62,000 nucleotides of DNA from Vicugna vicugna. Its lineage: Eukaryota. The translations under genes were made by a program, and so were the position numbers. The DNA lies in NCBI GenBank assembly GCA_013265495.1, contig MU058337.1:5684716-5746715 (forward strand). Reading direction: 5' to 3'. The notes beneath the pieces are model-generated. The model made no database searches. It was not told where the DNA came from and worked only from the letters and a program-made list of their open reading frames with translations. Below, piece after piece: positions 37,793 to 51,611 of this stretch; within the stretch, counting starts at the first letter, position 1; every line of letters begins with the position of its first letter.

Positions 37793-39009
37793 AAAGAAAC
37801 AGATCAGAAACCAATACATGAATAATATAATCTCAGAGATGGGTGGTACTTTAAATAGGAAAAAATCAGAATAGAGGGCTGCAGAGTAATGTAAGTTGGT
37901 TAACTTGGAAGCTACTGCATCAGTCCCAGCAATATGTCGGTGGGGAAGGTGCTCAGAATAGGGTGGTATTTGTGGAAGCAATGAAGAATGATAGAAAGCA
38001 GGGGCACTAAAGAGGAAGATGACAGGATTTGCTGATAGAGTCTGTAAGAGATCGGGGAAGAGTCAGGGTGTATGACAAGGAACATTCAGTTTTGTCTTAA
38101 AACACATACAGACAAGCATATAATCAATCATGTTTAGTTTACAAAAGAAATGCTATGGATACCAAGGGGACCCCTCCCACGCCCCTTTTCAGCTGGTGCA
38201 TCCACCACCACTGCTGAGTGCAGCTTCTCGGGATGCCCTTCTTCCCTGGGGACCTGCTGACGGCAGCTGCCTCACCTGGGTGGTTAGCCAACCAAAACCC
38301 CTCCAGGTGCCTAACAAAAGAGACTTCTCTGAAGATTAATCAGGTGCCACACACACACACACACATCATAGGGCCCTCTGGCTTTCCTGCATTGTGCACA
38401 TTTCTGTCAACTGTTATCTTGTAAGAAAGTAGTAATTTTGAGACCTGTTGGGACACTCTGAATTTAGATCAGGAGTGGAACAGCATCGTGAGAGTAAAAC
38501 ATTTCTTACCTACGTTGCCTCTAATACCAGACCATTGTAAACTCTCTTGAAAGAGAGATCTCAGGAGAGCAAAGCAAAAAACTTTTGAAAGAAATATTGA
38601 ATGCAGAACGTGGCTTTTTCCTTATTTTTAAACGTTCTCAATACTTGTGCCTAGGCTATTTTAGTAGCTGGAAAGAAAAGCATTCAACTAGCGAAAGCTG
38701 TAAGCTATGTGATTTTTTAAAAATGTAACTGGAATTTTTCTAGAAATACTACATTTTTTCAACACGTTTCTGACAAAACCCACAAATGAAGTTTTATGTG
38801 ATTTCTCACAGATAGAGGCAGTTACAAAATTTCATGAAATCATACTATGAAATTTTTATTCCAAATATAGTCACTCCTTATACTAGTTTATTTTTAAAGG
38901 TAAAGTGTTCTTTAAATATTTAAAGTTCTCTACTTTCTATTAGAAGAAATAAAAATGAAATTGATGCCACACCCTATCTCGTTTTAGCTATAGATTATAT
39001 TCCCCTATC

Positions 39010-39530
39010 GGATTGGCTTTCTATTGCGGCTGTCACAAATTTCCACAAATTAAGTGGTGGAAAAAAAGGCAAATGTATCATCTTACAGTTCTAGAAAATC
39101 AGAAGTCCAAAATGGGTCTCACAGAGTTCAAATCTCGGTGTCCACAGAGCTGAATTCTTTCTGGGGGCTCTAGTGGGGAATCCATTTCCTTGCCTTTTCC
39201 AGCTTCTAAGGACCATCCATATCCTTTGACTCGTGGCCCAATTTCTTTATCTTCAAAGCCAGAGTCATGGAGTAGAGTCCTCCCACTGCCGTCTCTCTGG
39301 CTCGCTCTCTCTCTCTCTTCTGCCTCCTTCTTCCACTTATAGTGACCTTTGTGATAACACTGGGCCCACCTGGATAATCCAGGATCATCTGCCCATCTCA
39401 GACTCAACTATTAACCAATTTAATTTCTTCTGAAACCTTAATTCCCTTTTACCATGGAACCTAGCATATGCCCAGGTTCTGAAGATTAAGAGGGACCATC
39501 TGTGGGTAGCCATTATTCTGCTGATCCAGA
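39010..39530 (-). mobile_element. MLT1D-like LTR
   Basis: 'cagaagtccaaaatgggtctcac...tgggcccacctggataatccagga...gccattattctg'. Confidence 0.87.
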
Positions 39531-39974
39531 AACAACCCCACTAAAGTGGAGTTTTATTTTTAACAATTATTTATCAAAATGCGTAATATATTGTTACTTT
39601 GATCAGTTATGTTCTAATTTAAATTATAACTAAATATGGAGTAAACGTGTTACCATCAAGAACCTGATAGTCATAGGAAGCAAGATCTTCAATCAGTAGA
39701 CAGAGTTTTATTGCAAACGTGTATAATGGGTGAGCAATAAAGACTCTCAAGCATCAAACTGTATTATCCTAGGATAAAGTTTGGTGGGGGAAGTGGAATG
39801 GCAATTCAGGTCAAGGAGAAATAGGAAATACAGATTTTCGCAATGTTCAAGAAAGGTTTGTGTATGTGTTTGTAAAGGATGTGGTGTACATCAGATTATT
39901 ATGACATTTAGATTCCTTCCATTGGATGCATTTAAAAGTGTGATTAATAGTAATAGGTTTCCTTTAAAATGTTA

Positions 39975-40255
39975 ATACAATTGAACCTCACACACTAACA
40001 TCGAACAAAAGGAGCCAGGTTGTATTATTCCATTCATATAAAGTTCAGAAATAAGCACACTGACCAATGGTGGGAGAAATCAGGACAGCGGTTCCTCGGG
40101 GTGGAGCTGAGAGTGACTAGAAGGTCCAGGGGCCTCTGGTGTCTGGTGATGCTCTGTTTCTTAGCTGAGTGGTTACACAGCTGTGTTCACTTTGCAGAAA
40201 CTCAAAGACGGTACAGTTATGCTTTGTTCGCTTTTTTGTATGTAGGTTGAAACTT
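39975..40255 (+). mobile_element. L1ME-like 3' fragment
   Basis: 'attccattcatataaagttcagaaa...ggttacacagctgtgttcactttg'. Confidence 0.65.
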
Positions 40256-42459
40256 AGTAACATCAGTATTAGCAATGTCAAAATAGGGGCTCCCACTCCA
40301 CAGTTGCACCATCTGAACCCAGGAACCAAATGGATCCAGATTTCGGATAAGTTGCTCATTCTCTGAACTCTCACTATTCAGCATCCAAAACTCAGGAATT
40401 AAATAGATTTAGATAATGAGGGGCACTTACATTTACTACTAGTCATGAATTATATTCTTTTAAATTATTTAAACGTATGGTGAATGTTTTTAAATGCCTA
40501 AACTTCAAAATGTGCAATGCAAGGGGAAATTTTTTTGAGTTCTTTTAGAGCAAAAATCTTTGAACAGTCTTAATATATCTCTTTTGAAATATATTCTTCA
40601 AGCATACCAAAAATACATAAATAAGCAAGCAACCAAGACTACATAGGTTTTAATTACCCCATTAACAAGATGGAACCATTAAAGTCTTGTGTGTATCCTC
40701 AAAGCAGAGATGCACATTCTCTATAAAACAGCCACTTCTTATTTTGAAATACTAGCTCTGTAAACAAGCCACACAAAGCTCAAAAGCTGATATCATACTT
40801 TCCCCATTCCATGCCCACAATGTAATGTTTAGCCCCAAAATATGTTTGCCTGGAAATATTAAAACGTACACCTGAATAGCTCTTGAATTAAAGAGGACAT
40901 CAAAATGGGCAGAAAATAATAATGTGGCATTTCTTATGCTTCCCATACAACTGTGGGGTTCCCCCCAGGACTGCCTACGTCTCCCCACAGCTGCCACATG
41001 CGCAGTGTCTTCTACCCCACACTAGGACTGCCCTCCCTCTTCCAGAAAGCTCAGCGTTTGTTGTGTTCCTGGTTTTCATATTTTTTCTCAGTGCATATTT
41101 TCTGATTTAAAAAACTCCTCTTTTTCTTTCTTCTGTTATAAGGATTTTGGCTTTTGGTTCTTGTTTAAATGGTTTAAAAGTGTATAAGCCCCCAATTTTG
41201 GGAAGTAGATAAGGCGGACACATATAAAAATAAACAAACAAATAAAACCTAAAGGACGGAATTGTCAGGGTATGCCAAAGACCATCAGAGAGGACATTTT
41301 ACTAAGATCTTGACATGCCCTGGAATCATATCTGAGAAGTGAGCACCCTCTACGTAGCAGTTTCAAATATTACAAATAACTCATTTGTCATTCCCCCACC
41401 CACCCATCATGCACAACGTAGACTGAAAAATGCTGATGAAATCTTGAACATGGCATCACACATCCTAAAGATGGCTCAAACTTGCAAAGGAAGAAACATC
41501 GCTTCAGGATAACTGAGAGTTCTAAGCACCAATTCTAAGGACTCCCCCTCTGGGGGACCCCAGAGTAATTTTCTGTTCCAGTTAATAGATTAGCTCTTGA
41601 GAGGTCACAACCTTTGTTCTGTGCAGATGTGACTGAAGAAAAGATGCCAGGGTTGCTTGGGGAATCTTAATTCAACTTTTGGGATGGAAGAACCAGCCAT
41701 CATGGCTGCCTTGCAAACAAGCACCAGGAAAGTGGAAAAGGGCTGTATTCAGTACGAAGGCATTTGGTACCTGCATCTACCAGCAATCCTTAACACCCCT
41801 GCACTGGGTTTCCATCAAGCAACCACTACAACTACACACAGAAGCTTTGACTCTTAAATATTTCAAAGTGAAACTACAAGAAATAAGTGGGAGCTGGTTT
41901 TATTTCTTAAATCACAACTTTCTTTCAGATAAAACACTATAAATCTTAATACGTCTGTCCTTGGGAAAGTCGTTTTTTTCTGGCCAAATTCCCCAGCACA
42001 GTTTTCAAATGGGATATATAAGAATCTCTTATTTTCTACAATGCTGTATCAAGGAAAGCAGCTGATAGCAGAACGAGCCCTTCCCTTCTCAGCCCAAGGG
42101 TTTGTTCTACTAGCCGGTTTCCTGGAAGAGCGTTAGCTAATTGCAAGAGAATTAGACCTAGGACAATTAGGCTTGAGAATGAAGAGCAGCCACAAGTATA
42201 ACTGATGTTCTGCCATCAGGTACAAATGTTACTTCTGTGTGTTAATATGATTGATTGTCTGGCCACCCTCAGGGATCAAGGTGGCTGAGTTAGAAGTCTC
42301 TGAGCCTGCAGAGAATCCTGCCATCCAGGGTACTGTCCTCTCCTGCTCTTGGCTGGTGTCTTTGCTTTCTAGATTCACGGATGTCCCCACCTGCAGATTC
42401 AATCTCACACCCCAGTGTCCCCCAACCCAACCTCACCATCAAGCGAGACTGAATCCATC

Positions 42460-42819
42460 ACCATGTGCCTGTTCCCACAGATTCGTCTGTTGAAGCCTAA
42501 ATCCCCAGTGAGATGGTATTTGGAGGTGGGGCCTTTGGGGTTAATTGGGTCTGGAGGGTGAGCTCCCGTGATGGCATTGGTGCCCATGTAAGGGGATGAA
42601 GACTCAATCTCTCTCTCCCCCAGCCTCCCCACCACCGTCACGTGAAGGCACAGCAACAAGACTGTCATCTGCAAGCCAGGATGAGAGTTCTCACCAGAAC
42701 CTGATACACTGACATCCCAAACTTGGACTTCCTGCCCCAGAATTGTGAGAAATAAATTTCTGTTGCTTAAGCTCCCCAGTCTGGTAGTTCTGTTATGATG
42801 GCCCACATTTACTAAGGCG
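42460..42819 (+). mobile_element. MLT1A-type LTR
   Basis: 'gatggtatttggaggtggggcctttggg...gtgagaaataaatttctgttgcttaagc'. Confidence 0.85.
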
Positions 42820-42829
42820 CCTCTAGCCT

Positions 42830-43405
42830 TACATTCATCTTCTGTTGCTACTGTAACAAATTCCTACAAACTGAGCGGCTTAAAGCAATGCACATATGTT
42901 AGCTCCAGGAATTCCGGGAGGGCTGTGCTCTTTCTCTGCTCTGGGTCCTGCAGGCCAAAATGAAGGTGTTGGTCTGCCTGAGCTTGGTCTCATCTGTTGG
43001 CAGAATTCAGTTCCTTGCCGCTATAGGACTGAGGTCTCTTTCCAGAAACCTCTTGGTCACCTAAGGCCACCTGCATTCCTCATCACATTTCCACCTCCGT
43101 CTTCAACCCCCAAATGACACATGGGGTTCTGCTTAGTCGTGGGGTCTCTGACTTCTCCCACTGCCCTTTCTCTTGGACTCCAGCCAGAGAAAGTTCACAG
43201 CTTTAAGGGGTCATGTGACCACATTGGTTTCCCCCACTCCCCTCCCCACTGATCCAGGATAACATCCTTATCTTCATATCAACTGATTATCAATCAGAAA
43301 TCTTTATTACATCTGCAAAGCCCTTTTTGCCATGTAATATAATTTCACAGGCTGCAAGAAATAAGGTGTGGACATCTTTGGGGGGGGCCACTGTCTACCC
43401 CTACC
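42830..43405 (-). mobile_element. MLT1D/E-like LTR
   Basis: 'ttgctactgtaacaaattcc...gttggcagaattcagttccttg...acatctgcaaagccctttttgccatgtaa...ggacatctttgggg'. Confidence 0.8.
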
Positions 43406-44829
43406 CTCCAAGTTCCCTTTGCTGCCAAGCAGACCTAGAATCTATTATGATGTACAGAAGATCCAGAATCTTATGTGATCCAGAATCTATTGTGGGCAAG
43501 CCCTCTGCACACAAGCAAGCCTTCCTGCGCCAGACCAAGCCATGGAATTCACCTCCTGCCTCGATTCCTTAATCAGACCCATTGTCCTGCCAGGGGCTCA
43601 GGTCACCTCCTGAGCATCCGTCTGAGAAGCTGGCTCTGGACCCAGAGGCCACTGGCTCCGTCCCCAGGAGAGTGCCCACAGGCTAGTGTTGTGCTACAAC
43701 TGAACAGTCCCTCTGGGAACTGACTGCCATCCCTGAAAAGTCTCCCATGTTGGTCATTTGGCCTCCACCATGCCCCCTGCCCAGTACCAACAATTGCCAA
43801 AATCGTATCTCAGCCTCCATTCTCTCCCCACTACAGCCACCAAGGAGCCCCTCCTTGCTACAGCTGGGGGCAGAAGAACAGGAACATTAATGGGTGACAG
43901 ATGTTTCAGGTCACCTATGTAAGGCATAAATCAGGACCAGTTAGTTTTCTGTTGGAAACCCAGTCAATGTTTTTTATGAAATCACATTTTGTAATTTGTA
44001 GATGTAGGTAATATAATCCCATAAATCTTGTTCCCAAACATTTGTTCCTCGAAAAGAAATATGTCCTAGCTCTCTTTTCTGTGAGCCCAGATAACATAAA
44101 CACACCAAGAATTCCTATAATAAAGATTTAATATTTCCCAACCTCCTCATCATTTCTCCTCTACTTTCAATTCCTACTCAATGTGTTTCCCTGAGGGAAT
44201 CTAACTCCTTACCCAATTCACAAATAGAATTCTGACACAAAGAGCAGCTACAAAATCTGTAATAAGAAAAAGCGACAGAAAGGGCCAAGAAATCTGCACA
44301 CAAGCTGGAAACAAACATGCTTCTTGACACCACCTAGTACCCTAGATCTATTATCTGTTGCCCCTGCTTGGTCTCCATCCTCCCAGTATTGTACGAACTT
44401 CCATTTAAAGCAAGGCTTCCCCCCACATGTTTAGTCTCTAAACTCTGCTTGTGACCACTCTGCCCTCAATCACATCTCTGTCTTTCACCATCTTCTTTGA
44501 TATTCCCTGGCCTGGATTCTGTCTGTATTAAGGTAACAGGCCAGGCGATGCTGGGTTTGTCAAACAGTATTTTATTATTGTTAGGAAATTGAACTGTGTG
44601 CACCTTTCCCAAGTTGGCTTTAGAACAAGACGCATTAGTACTGGACCAACACTTTCAGGGTATAATTTCTTTCTGGAGCATATTTTTCATTGAACTACAT
44701 GTTTTTGGGTCTTGATTGCAATTGCCAAATAGGACTTACGTACCCTCTCTAAGCAAAATAAGGTGGGTGGCTTCAGGGACAGAAGAGATGTTTCTAAGTG
44801 ATTTAAAACTTTTTCTCTTTATTTTTCCA

Positions 44830-45400
44830 CAAGACATCCACACCAGAAACCTGGGAGGGATCCCAGTCTCTCTCTCACATCCAGGCATCCAATTCTGCCA
44901 TTTTTACCTAAATATTTCAAAGAGTTCCTTTCCCTTTCTTCCCACAACCACCACCTTCGCATGGCCGGCAGCCCTCAGTCCTATCCTAGCTGGCTGTAAA
45001 TGTGTCCGGCTGGCCCCCTGACTCCAGTCTACTTCCCATATTGGCAAAGGAGATTTTTTGACAATGAAAATCCAGGCACATCTCTACCCTGCCTAGAGCC
45101 TCCAGTGGTTCCCCACCACCTGTCAAATAAACCAAAATTCTGGCCATGGTCTTGGTGATTGACACCCACCTGACCCCTGGGAAGCCATAACTAGGACCCC
45201 CTCCTCCAAGCACCCCAGACTTACACTAAAGCCTCTTCTTCCCAGAAGCGCCCACCTCCAGCCACATGGAGCCGAGCAGCCTTCTCCAAAAGGACCCAGA
45301 TTCTCTTGCTCCCTTGCCTTTGCTCATCACTGCTGTTCCCCTTCATGATTCAGATGACTGACCATTCTTCCTGACCCCCTTTCCCCAAGACTGAGTCCTA
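44830..45400 (+). mobile_element. L2 LINE fragment
   Basis: Pyrimidine-rich L2-like stretch 'ccaattctgccatttttacctaaatattt...cctccagtggttcccc...ataaaccaaaattct'. Confidence 0.55.
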
Positions 45401-45616
45401 TGTGTTTTTTAGTTCCTGGAGCTTTGCAAAGTACCTGAGGCAGAAGAGGAAGTCACCATACATTTCTCTGCACAGTAAGAAATGGATCCCCAATTCGCTG
45501 TTGTCCTATCACCTAAACCAGGAACTCATTAGATATCTTTCCTCTGACTCTCCTAACTTCCCAAACCCCACCCAGCCACAATTGGAAGTGAGTTTTTCTC
45601 TAGTTTCCTAGAGGGG

Positions 45617-45930
45617 AAGCCCCTGATTTGGAGCATTTGCCAATTTCTATAGTGTGTGTTTTCCCACTCAGGACCAGCGACATCATTTGTAGGGCCCAGT
45701 ACAAAGTTAAAATGTAGGGTTGCTTGTTTTAAAATGATTCAGAATTTCAAGACGGCGACAAGAGAGCATTGATCCAAGCATGAGGTCCTGCGCAAATATC
45801 CAAGCTGCACACCCACGAAGCGCCTGCTATGGCCCATTTCAAGCTACCGATGTGGTGTCACTGAACTCGGAGTTGGGAGATGTCTATAAATCAGCTTGTG
45901 CACCAGAGAGCCCTTTCCAGAACCCCACTG
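45617..45930. mobile_element. MER63-like fragment hosting a MER45A-like element
   Basis: 'aagcccctgatttggagcatttgccaatttc' ... 'atttcaagctaccgatgtgg...ccagaaccccactg'. Confidence 0.7.
45669..45826. mobile_element. MER45A-like hAT DNA transposon
   Basis: CAGG...CCTG ends; 'atttgtagggcccagtacaaa...gaatttcaagacggcgaca...agcatt'. Confidence 0.75.
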
Positions 45931-46489
45931 CCTCCAGGATGCGTTGGCATGGCATCGAAGGCCTTCTGTTCCCATCTCTCCAGCTCCATCTTCCAGTCCT
46001 GGATTATGACTTCCCACACAGTCATGATAATCTGCTTGTGGTTCCTCCAAATCTACTGTGTTTTTTCGTGCTACATTATTTTGTTCGTGCCATTTCCTCT
46101 GACTGCAATTCCTTCTACCCCTCCTCCTTCCCAAATGCTTCAAATACATAGCTCCAATTCATGCTTCAACAAACATTCGGTTCAAACAGAAACTTTCTTC
46201 TCTGGAAAGCTTGCTCTGAAATCTTACTAACCAGGAGATTCTTCCAGAGTAAGAGGCTACATGTCTCTCCCCCTGCAGAAGGAACGGTAAGAGTCAGACC
46301 ACCTTTGTTTATATTTCAAAGAGTGAGTATATTTTGGCATAATAAGTGCCAAGAATCAGAGATAACTTTGAAGAGGTCCTTCTTGCCCGGAGTAGTGGGT
46401 TTTCCCAGGTGAGAGAATTAAGAATGGCTGATTGGTGTTCCTTCAGCTTGGTCTGATCACTCAGATAACTAGGTTCCCTCCCCTCCCCT

Positions 46490-47055
46490 CTTTACTTGAG
46501 GTAAAATTCACACACATGAAATTCACTATTTTGAAGTGTACGATTCAGGGGCATTTGGTACATACACAACGTTGTGCACCATCACCTCTGTCCACCTCCA
46601 AGACATTTTCATCCCCTCAGAGGCATCTCCACATCTGCTAAGCCGTCCCTCTCCAATCCCCTCCCCCCAGCCCCAAGCACCTCCAATCTGCCTTCTGTCT
46701 CTTTGGATTTATTTATTCTGGACATCTCATATAACTGGAACCACACAATACGTGATCTTCTGTGCATGGCTTCTTTCCCGTAGCGTTAAGTTTTCAAGGT
46801 TCATCCACGTCGTAGTCTGTGTCAGCACTTTGTTCCTTTGTATGGCCGAATACCAGCCACTGCATGATAGACCACATCGTGCATATTCATTCAGCAGGTG
46901 ATGGGCATTTGAGTTGTATCCACCTTCCCGCTATTATGAGAAATGCTGCCACAAGCTTCTGTGTGGACATATTTTTATTCCTCTTGGGCATATAGCTAGG
47001 TGTGGAATTGCTGGGTCATAGTCTTATTCTCTATCTAACTTTTTTGAGGCATCTT
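46490..47055 (-). mobile_element. L1MB-like 3' end
   Basis: 'tgaggtaaaattcacacacatgaaattcact...ttttcaaggttcatccacgt...ggaattgctgggtcata'. Confidence 0.85.
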
Positions 47056-48664
47056 CCCTCTTTCAAAAGGGCCAGATGTAAGGAGTGCCCAATCCGATTG
47101 AAACACGCAGATGTAGAGGGAGACAGGGAATGGACTTTCCGTAACCTCTGGAGGGCTCCCTCCTCTCTGCCGCAGGGTGGGACCTCCGCGTGCCAGACCA
47201 CACTGGACTGAAATCATCTGTCTCACGTCTGTAACCCTGACTAGCCTGCAAGTCCACCCATGGCAGGGGCCACACTTCAATTATCCACCTGTGTAACCAA
47301 AGTGTTCAGCATTTAGCACGATGTCTGTCACATAGTAGGTGCTCAAAGGTGTCAGTGGGTCTAAATCAATTCATGAATAATTAAATGAATTAAGGCATCA
47401 CTCCCTCCGTGGTTTTCCCTCGCAGCTCTGATAGAGCGCATCATCTAACAGGAGGGGCGTGTAAATTTGCAAAGCAATGAACCCTGATGGGCTGACAATG
47501 CTGGTGAAGTCTCCACCCTGAGAGAGCACATTTAACTTGCGTTTAAAAATGAGGCTCTTTGAGTATTTCCCATTTCTTAGTACTAGGGCTTATTCTCTTA
47601 AGCAAAATACAGCCTCAGATGACACTGACGATAAAGCACAGTATTGTGTCTGTAAGAAAAATGATTTCAGTGATACTGGTTATACAGTGTCTTTATTGTT
47701 CAGAATTTCTGTGTCTGCAAGTTCACCCATTCTGCTTCTGCAGAATGATTAGTATATCATAAGAGCGAAGAAGGACATAGTTAATTTTTTAAATACGCAG
47801 TAAACTCAGCCCTCCTGTTAAATGGAACCATTTAACAGCTCAATTCTCACAGCTGACTGTGGGGTGGCATTAGGTGTTAGCTAAATGCCGCTCAAGAATC
47901 TGGAAAAGAAGCCAACACACGGCTCTCTGTAACTGGCTGTCATTGCAATGAGATCTCTTTTTTCCCCCTATAAACTCCCCCTTGATGTTGAAGGGTTGAG
48001 GCTGAAAATGATCAAACAGCAATTAAGCCATCATGATCTCAGAATTATGCCAGATGATGACTTGAAAAGGACTGTCTGGTCCTGAAAGATAAATCAAGAA
48101 GCATGCAAGGGAAAGAAATACTAATTCCAGGTTAAAACGTGTGATTTCGCTATGGCAGACCTTACTCGGAGACCAAATTCACCGTTTCATTCAAAACCAG
48201 CCTTTCTCTGTGTTCTCCGTTTCTGTACATGGCACCCCAGTCTCCCTTCACACCAAGACTCGGGACTTGGCTTCAGCTTTGATGCTTTCTTCTCCCTCGT
48301 CCTCAGTGTCGGTTTCCATATCATGTCAAGACAGCCTCCCAAATCCCCCTCATGTGTCCTCACCCCTCACCTCCTGCTGACACATCCCACAAACCTACTT
48401 TAAGCCTTCCATAACTCAGGATTATTAAAATAGCCTTCGAGGCAGCTTACTGCCTCCAGATTCCCTCCACTTTGACTTATTTATTAATCCCCCTCACACA
48501 CAGGCTGATTCAAAGTTGAGAAACTGCTAATGACATCCCACCCCCTACAGAATAAGTCACTCATACCTCGCCTGGCATTCAAACCCTTCTGTCACTTTGC
48601 CTTGACTTCCCTTTCTCGACTGCAGTGAAAGCGAGCTATTTCTGTTCCCCACACACATGCCTAC

Positions 48665-49000
48665 TATCTTAGGTGGGGTTCCCCAGGGGCCCTGAGATGA
48701 GAATACATGTGCAGGTGTCTTATCAACGAAGCTAGACAGGGGAGGGGTAAAAAGCAAAGAAGGGGGGTGATTTCAGACACAGACCGGAGGGGAGCAGATG
48801 GGTCACGGGCCTGACCCACAGGGACGTCTGACGTGTGAATTGAGCCTCGCAGGCAGAGTTGGCCTGGTCTCCCTGCTCCCACACAAGCCAGCGCTGGCTG
48901 AGGGCTGGGCAGGCTGTGCAGGGAGGGTGATCTCCAGGCACTTGGGGTTCTCTGTGCGAGGAGGCAGAGTGGGCTCTGATAGTCCAAGGGCAGTCCTCCC
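48665..49000 (-). mobile_element. Possible ERVL LTR (LTR16/LTR33-like)
   Basis: 'ttaggtggggttccccagggg...ccctgaga' resembles the reversed LTR16/33 end; weak match. Confidence 0.4.
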
Positions 49001-49319
49001 AGAGTCAGAGGTGCAGAGCTGTTGGAAACAAAACACACCGAGGTCTGTGAAGGGGAGTGGGGGTGGGGTGGCAGAGAAGAGGTAAGGGGACCTGGAGGAC
49101 TTGGGTGGAGAGTGACAGGGTCTGCAACACTGACTTTCCTACCCGGAGTCTTACTCAGGTCACTAGGAAAGACCTTCCATCTCCACTTGCCCAAATCCTG
49201 GCCAGTTTCACAGCCAAGCTCGAAAACGTCAACAAACCTTCCCTAACACCCCTACACACACACACACACAGAAGAGGACCCAGCCAACAATGGCGCATCA
49301 GCCAAACGGACAAGGCACA

Positions 49320-49630
49320 GAACACTCCGGTCCTGGCCCCAAGGATGCTGGGGGTCTGAGGTGTAAGGGGGAGTGGGCAGCCCAGCAGGTGTCCTTACAA
49401 GAAAAGGAACTATGGACACAGAAAGAGACAGCAGGGGTGCACACAAAGACCACAGGAGGACACCCAGAAGGTATGTCTGCCACCAAGGACAGAGGTCTCA
49501 GAAGAAACCAAGGTAGCTGATGCCTTAATGTCAGACTTTAAATCTCCAGAGTCATGAGAATGAGTGTCTGCTGTCCACGCAGTCCAGTCCCGGGTGTTAC
49601 CCCACGGCAGCCCCAGCAAACTGACAGAGC
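49320..49630 (+). mobile_element. MLT1B-like LTR
   Basis: 'ggtgtccttacaagaaaagg...ggtctcagaagaaacc...ggcagccccagcaaactga'. Confidence 0.75.
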
Positions 49631-50721
49631 AGCCTCTTACCCGCCTCAGGGTTGCTCACAGTCTGCAGGAACTGGTTTGAAATGTGTCCCCATGATATGA
49701 CTGTCTTCATTTTCCCAGCTAGGATGCCAGAAATCAAGGTGGTGAAGTCCACTGATGTCCCTTTATGTGGGAGACATAAAGCAGTAACAGCAAAGGGAGA
49801 TAATACATTTGGTCCACCAAGATCTGACGGCAAGCCCCCGGCCTTGAGTGACTGAGCCTTACGCAGCCCTAGGGCGCGAATACCGGGAAAGGGCGTGAAG
49901 AGCAGAAGGAAGTTCACTAAAGGCGCAGACTTCTCTGCGGCCTGACACGCCAGGGGCACTCGGTAAATGCGTCTGAAGTAACAGACTAGACCAAGAGCGG
50001 CCGAATGTACACAAGGTACTGGCAACAAATATGGGAGAGGGAATAAAGTGTGAACTGATGTCACATGTCTTTTATTTCTTCCCTGGTAGCTAGCTCAGGG
50101 TCTTGCAGAAAACAGGTGTTTAACAAATGTGCTGATGAACTGATGAATCCATTTCTATCATCACCTAAACTTTATTGATAGACTCTGGGTGCACAGTTCG
50201 GCAGTGGGGTCATTTGTTTTTTGGAATTAGAACAGTGATTGATCTGAAAAAAATGACCAGATATCTCATCATTGACAATTTTATTTCCTTGTGGTGTACA
50301 AAGGAATTGGGGTGGCGGGACAACAAGGAGGCAGAAAAAGAGGAAGAAGAAGAGGAGGAAAGAGAGGGCAGAGGATGGAAACGAAGAAGGAAGAGAAGTT
50401 GTTCAGCCTTGAATGCAGGAGAAGCGCTGAGCGTAGCTTACTCACGGTTCATCAATAGAGAATGTTTCACTCATCACAACCCACCTTCAAGAGAGAACTG
50501 ACTTCATTTGGAAGAATGCCTCAGTAAGTTTATGGCTCAGCAGGCATAAAGTTTTCAGGGCAAGGAAAGATATTTTAAACAAGACCAGAGGAGGAATTTG
50601 GCCAGTTTGCCTCTTGACAGGAAGAGAAATGGTGGTGGTGGCGCAGAGGAAGACTAGAGATGAGGACAGGAAGGGAGAGGGCCAGGAATGAGATGAAGGA
50701 CAAAGCCAGTGGCCGGGCAGC

Positions 50722-51219
50722 TGTTCAGTTATGTATTGCTTTCTAACAATCCTTCCTAAGTCTGGACTCACCTGAGTGTTTCTTTTGCCCCACATGATGT
50801 GACACCTAGGAGCTCAACTGACATCTTAGCCAAATCTATAAGTTCATTAGACTTTTTTTTCCATTTTCACATTATCACAGACAGCTGGGGCTGCAAACAT
50901 CTGGGTCCTCAACTAGATTGGAATGTCCAAGATGGTGCACTAACATGGCTGACAGTGGATGCTGGCAGTTGGTTGGGAGTTCAGCTGGACACATGTCATC
51001 TGGAGCTTCTCATATCTTGGTGGCTGGGTTTCAAGAGGGGACATCCCAAGGACAAGCATTCTAAGAGGCAGGATGCAGAAACTGCCAGTCCTCAGCGAAA
51101 CTGACACTGCTCAACTTCCACTGCATGCTCTTGGTTAAACAGTCACCAGGCTAGCCCAGATTCATCTTCTAACAGGGAGAATGACAAAGAATGTGTTGCC
51201 ATCTTTCAATTTAACCACA
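50722..51219 (-). mobile_element. MLT1G/H-like LTR
   Basis: 'cagttatgtattgct...gtccaagatgg...catggctgacagtggatgctggc...gcccagattca...taaccaCA'. Confidence 0.72.
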
Positions 51220-51611
51220 GGCAGCTGATGAAGCTTTTTAAAATGGGAAAGTCTTCTGTGCCCATTAAAATTGTTTGCTTTTCTTCAATATAAATTTATC
51301 TCCAATCTTCCTCAGGAATGTACATTGTTTATGAAAGATCTGTGTGGGTGGATTTTTTTTTTAAGAATCTGAACACAAATTGACTTTTACCTCTGAATTA
51401 ATGTGGGATAAAATAGATAAAGCCGAAGTTAATGCAGAAAAACAGAGGCAGAAAGGACCATAGGAACATATGTCCCTGATAATTCAATAGAAGTCAATAC
51501 GTCCTCTAACATTTATAAATAAATAAATATAGACATAACAGTATTATCTGAAGTTACAGAAATAGTCATTATGAATAACAGAAATAGAAACATTGAAAAT
51601 AGGGGATCTTA

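Noticed and set aside
43435..43495. Three short gatccagaatct-like repeats
   Set aside because: Degenerate micro-duplication; no constant repeat-spacer structure, and CRISPR is implausible in mammalian DNA
50175..50501. ORF with a poly-Glu run
   Set aside because: Arises from a purine-rich GAA/GAG low-complexity tract
1..51219. LTR strand bias as evidence that the window is an intron of a + strand gene
   Set aside because: Roughly 11 minus versus 7 plus LTRs by my count, too even to be informative
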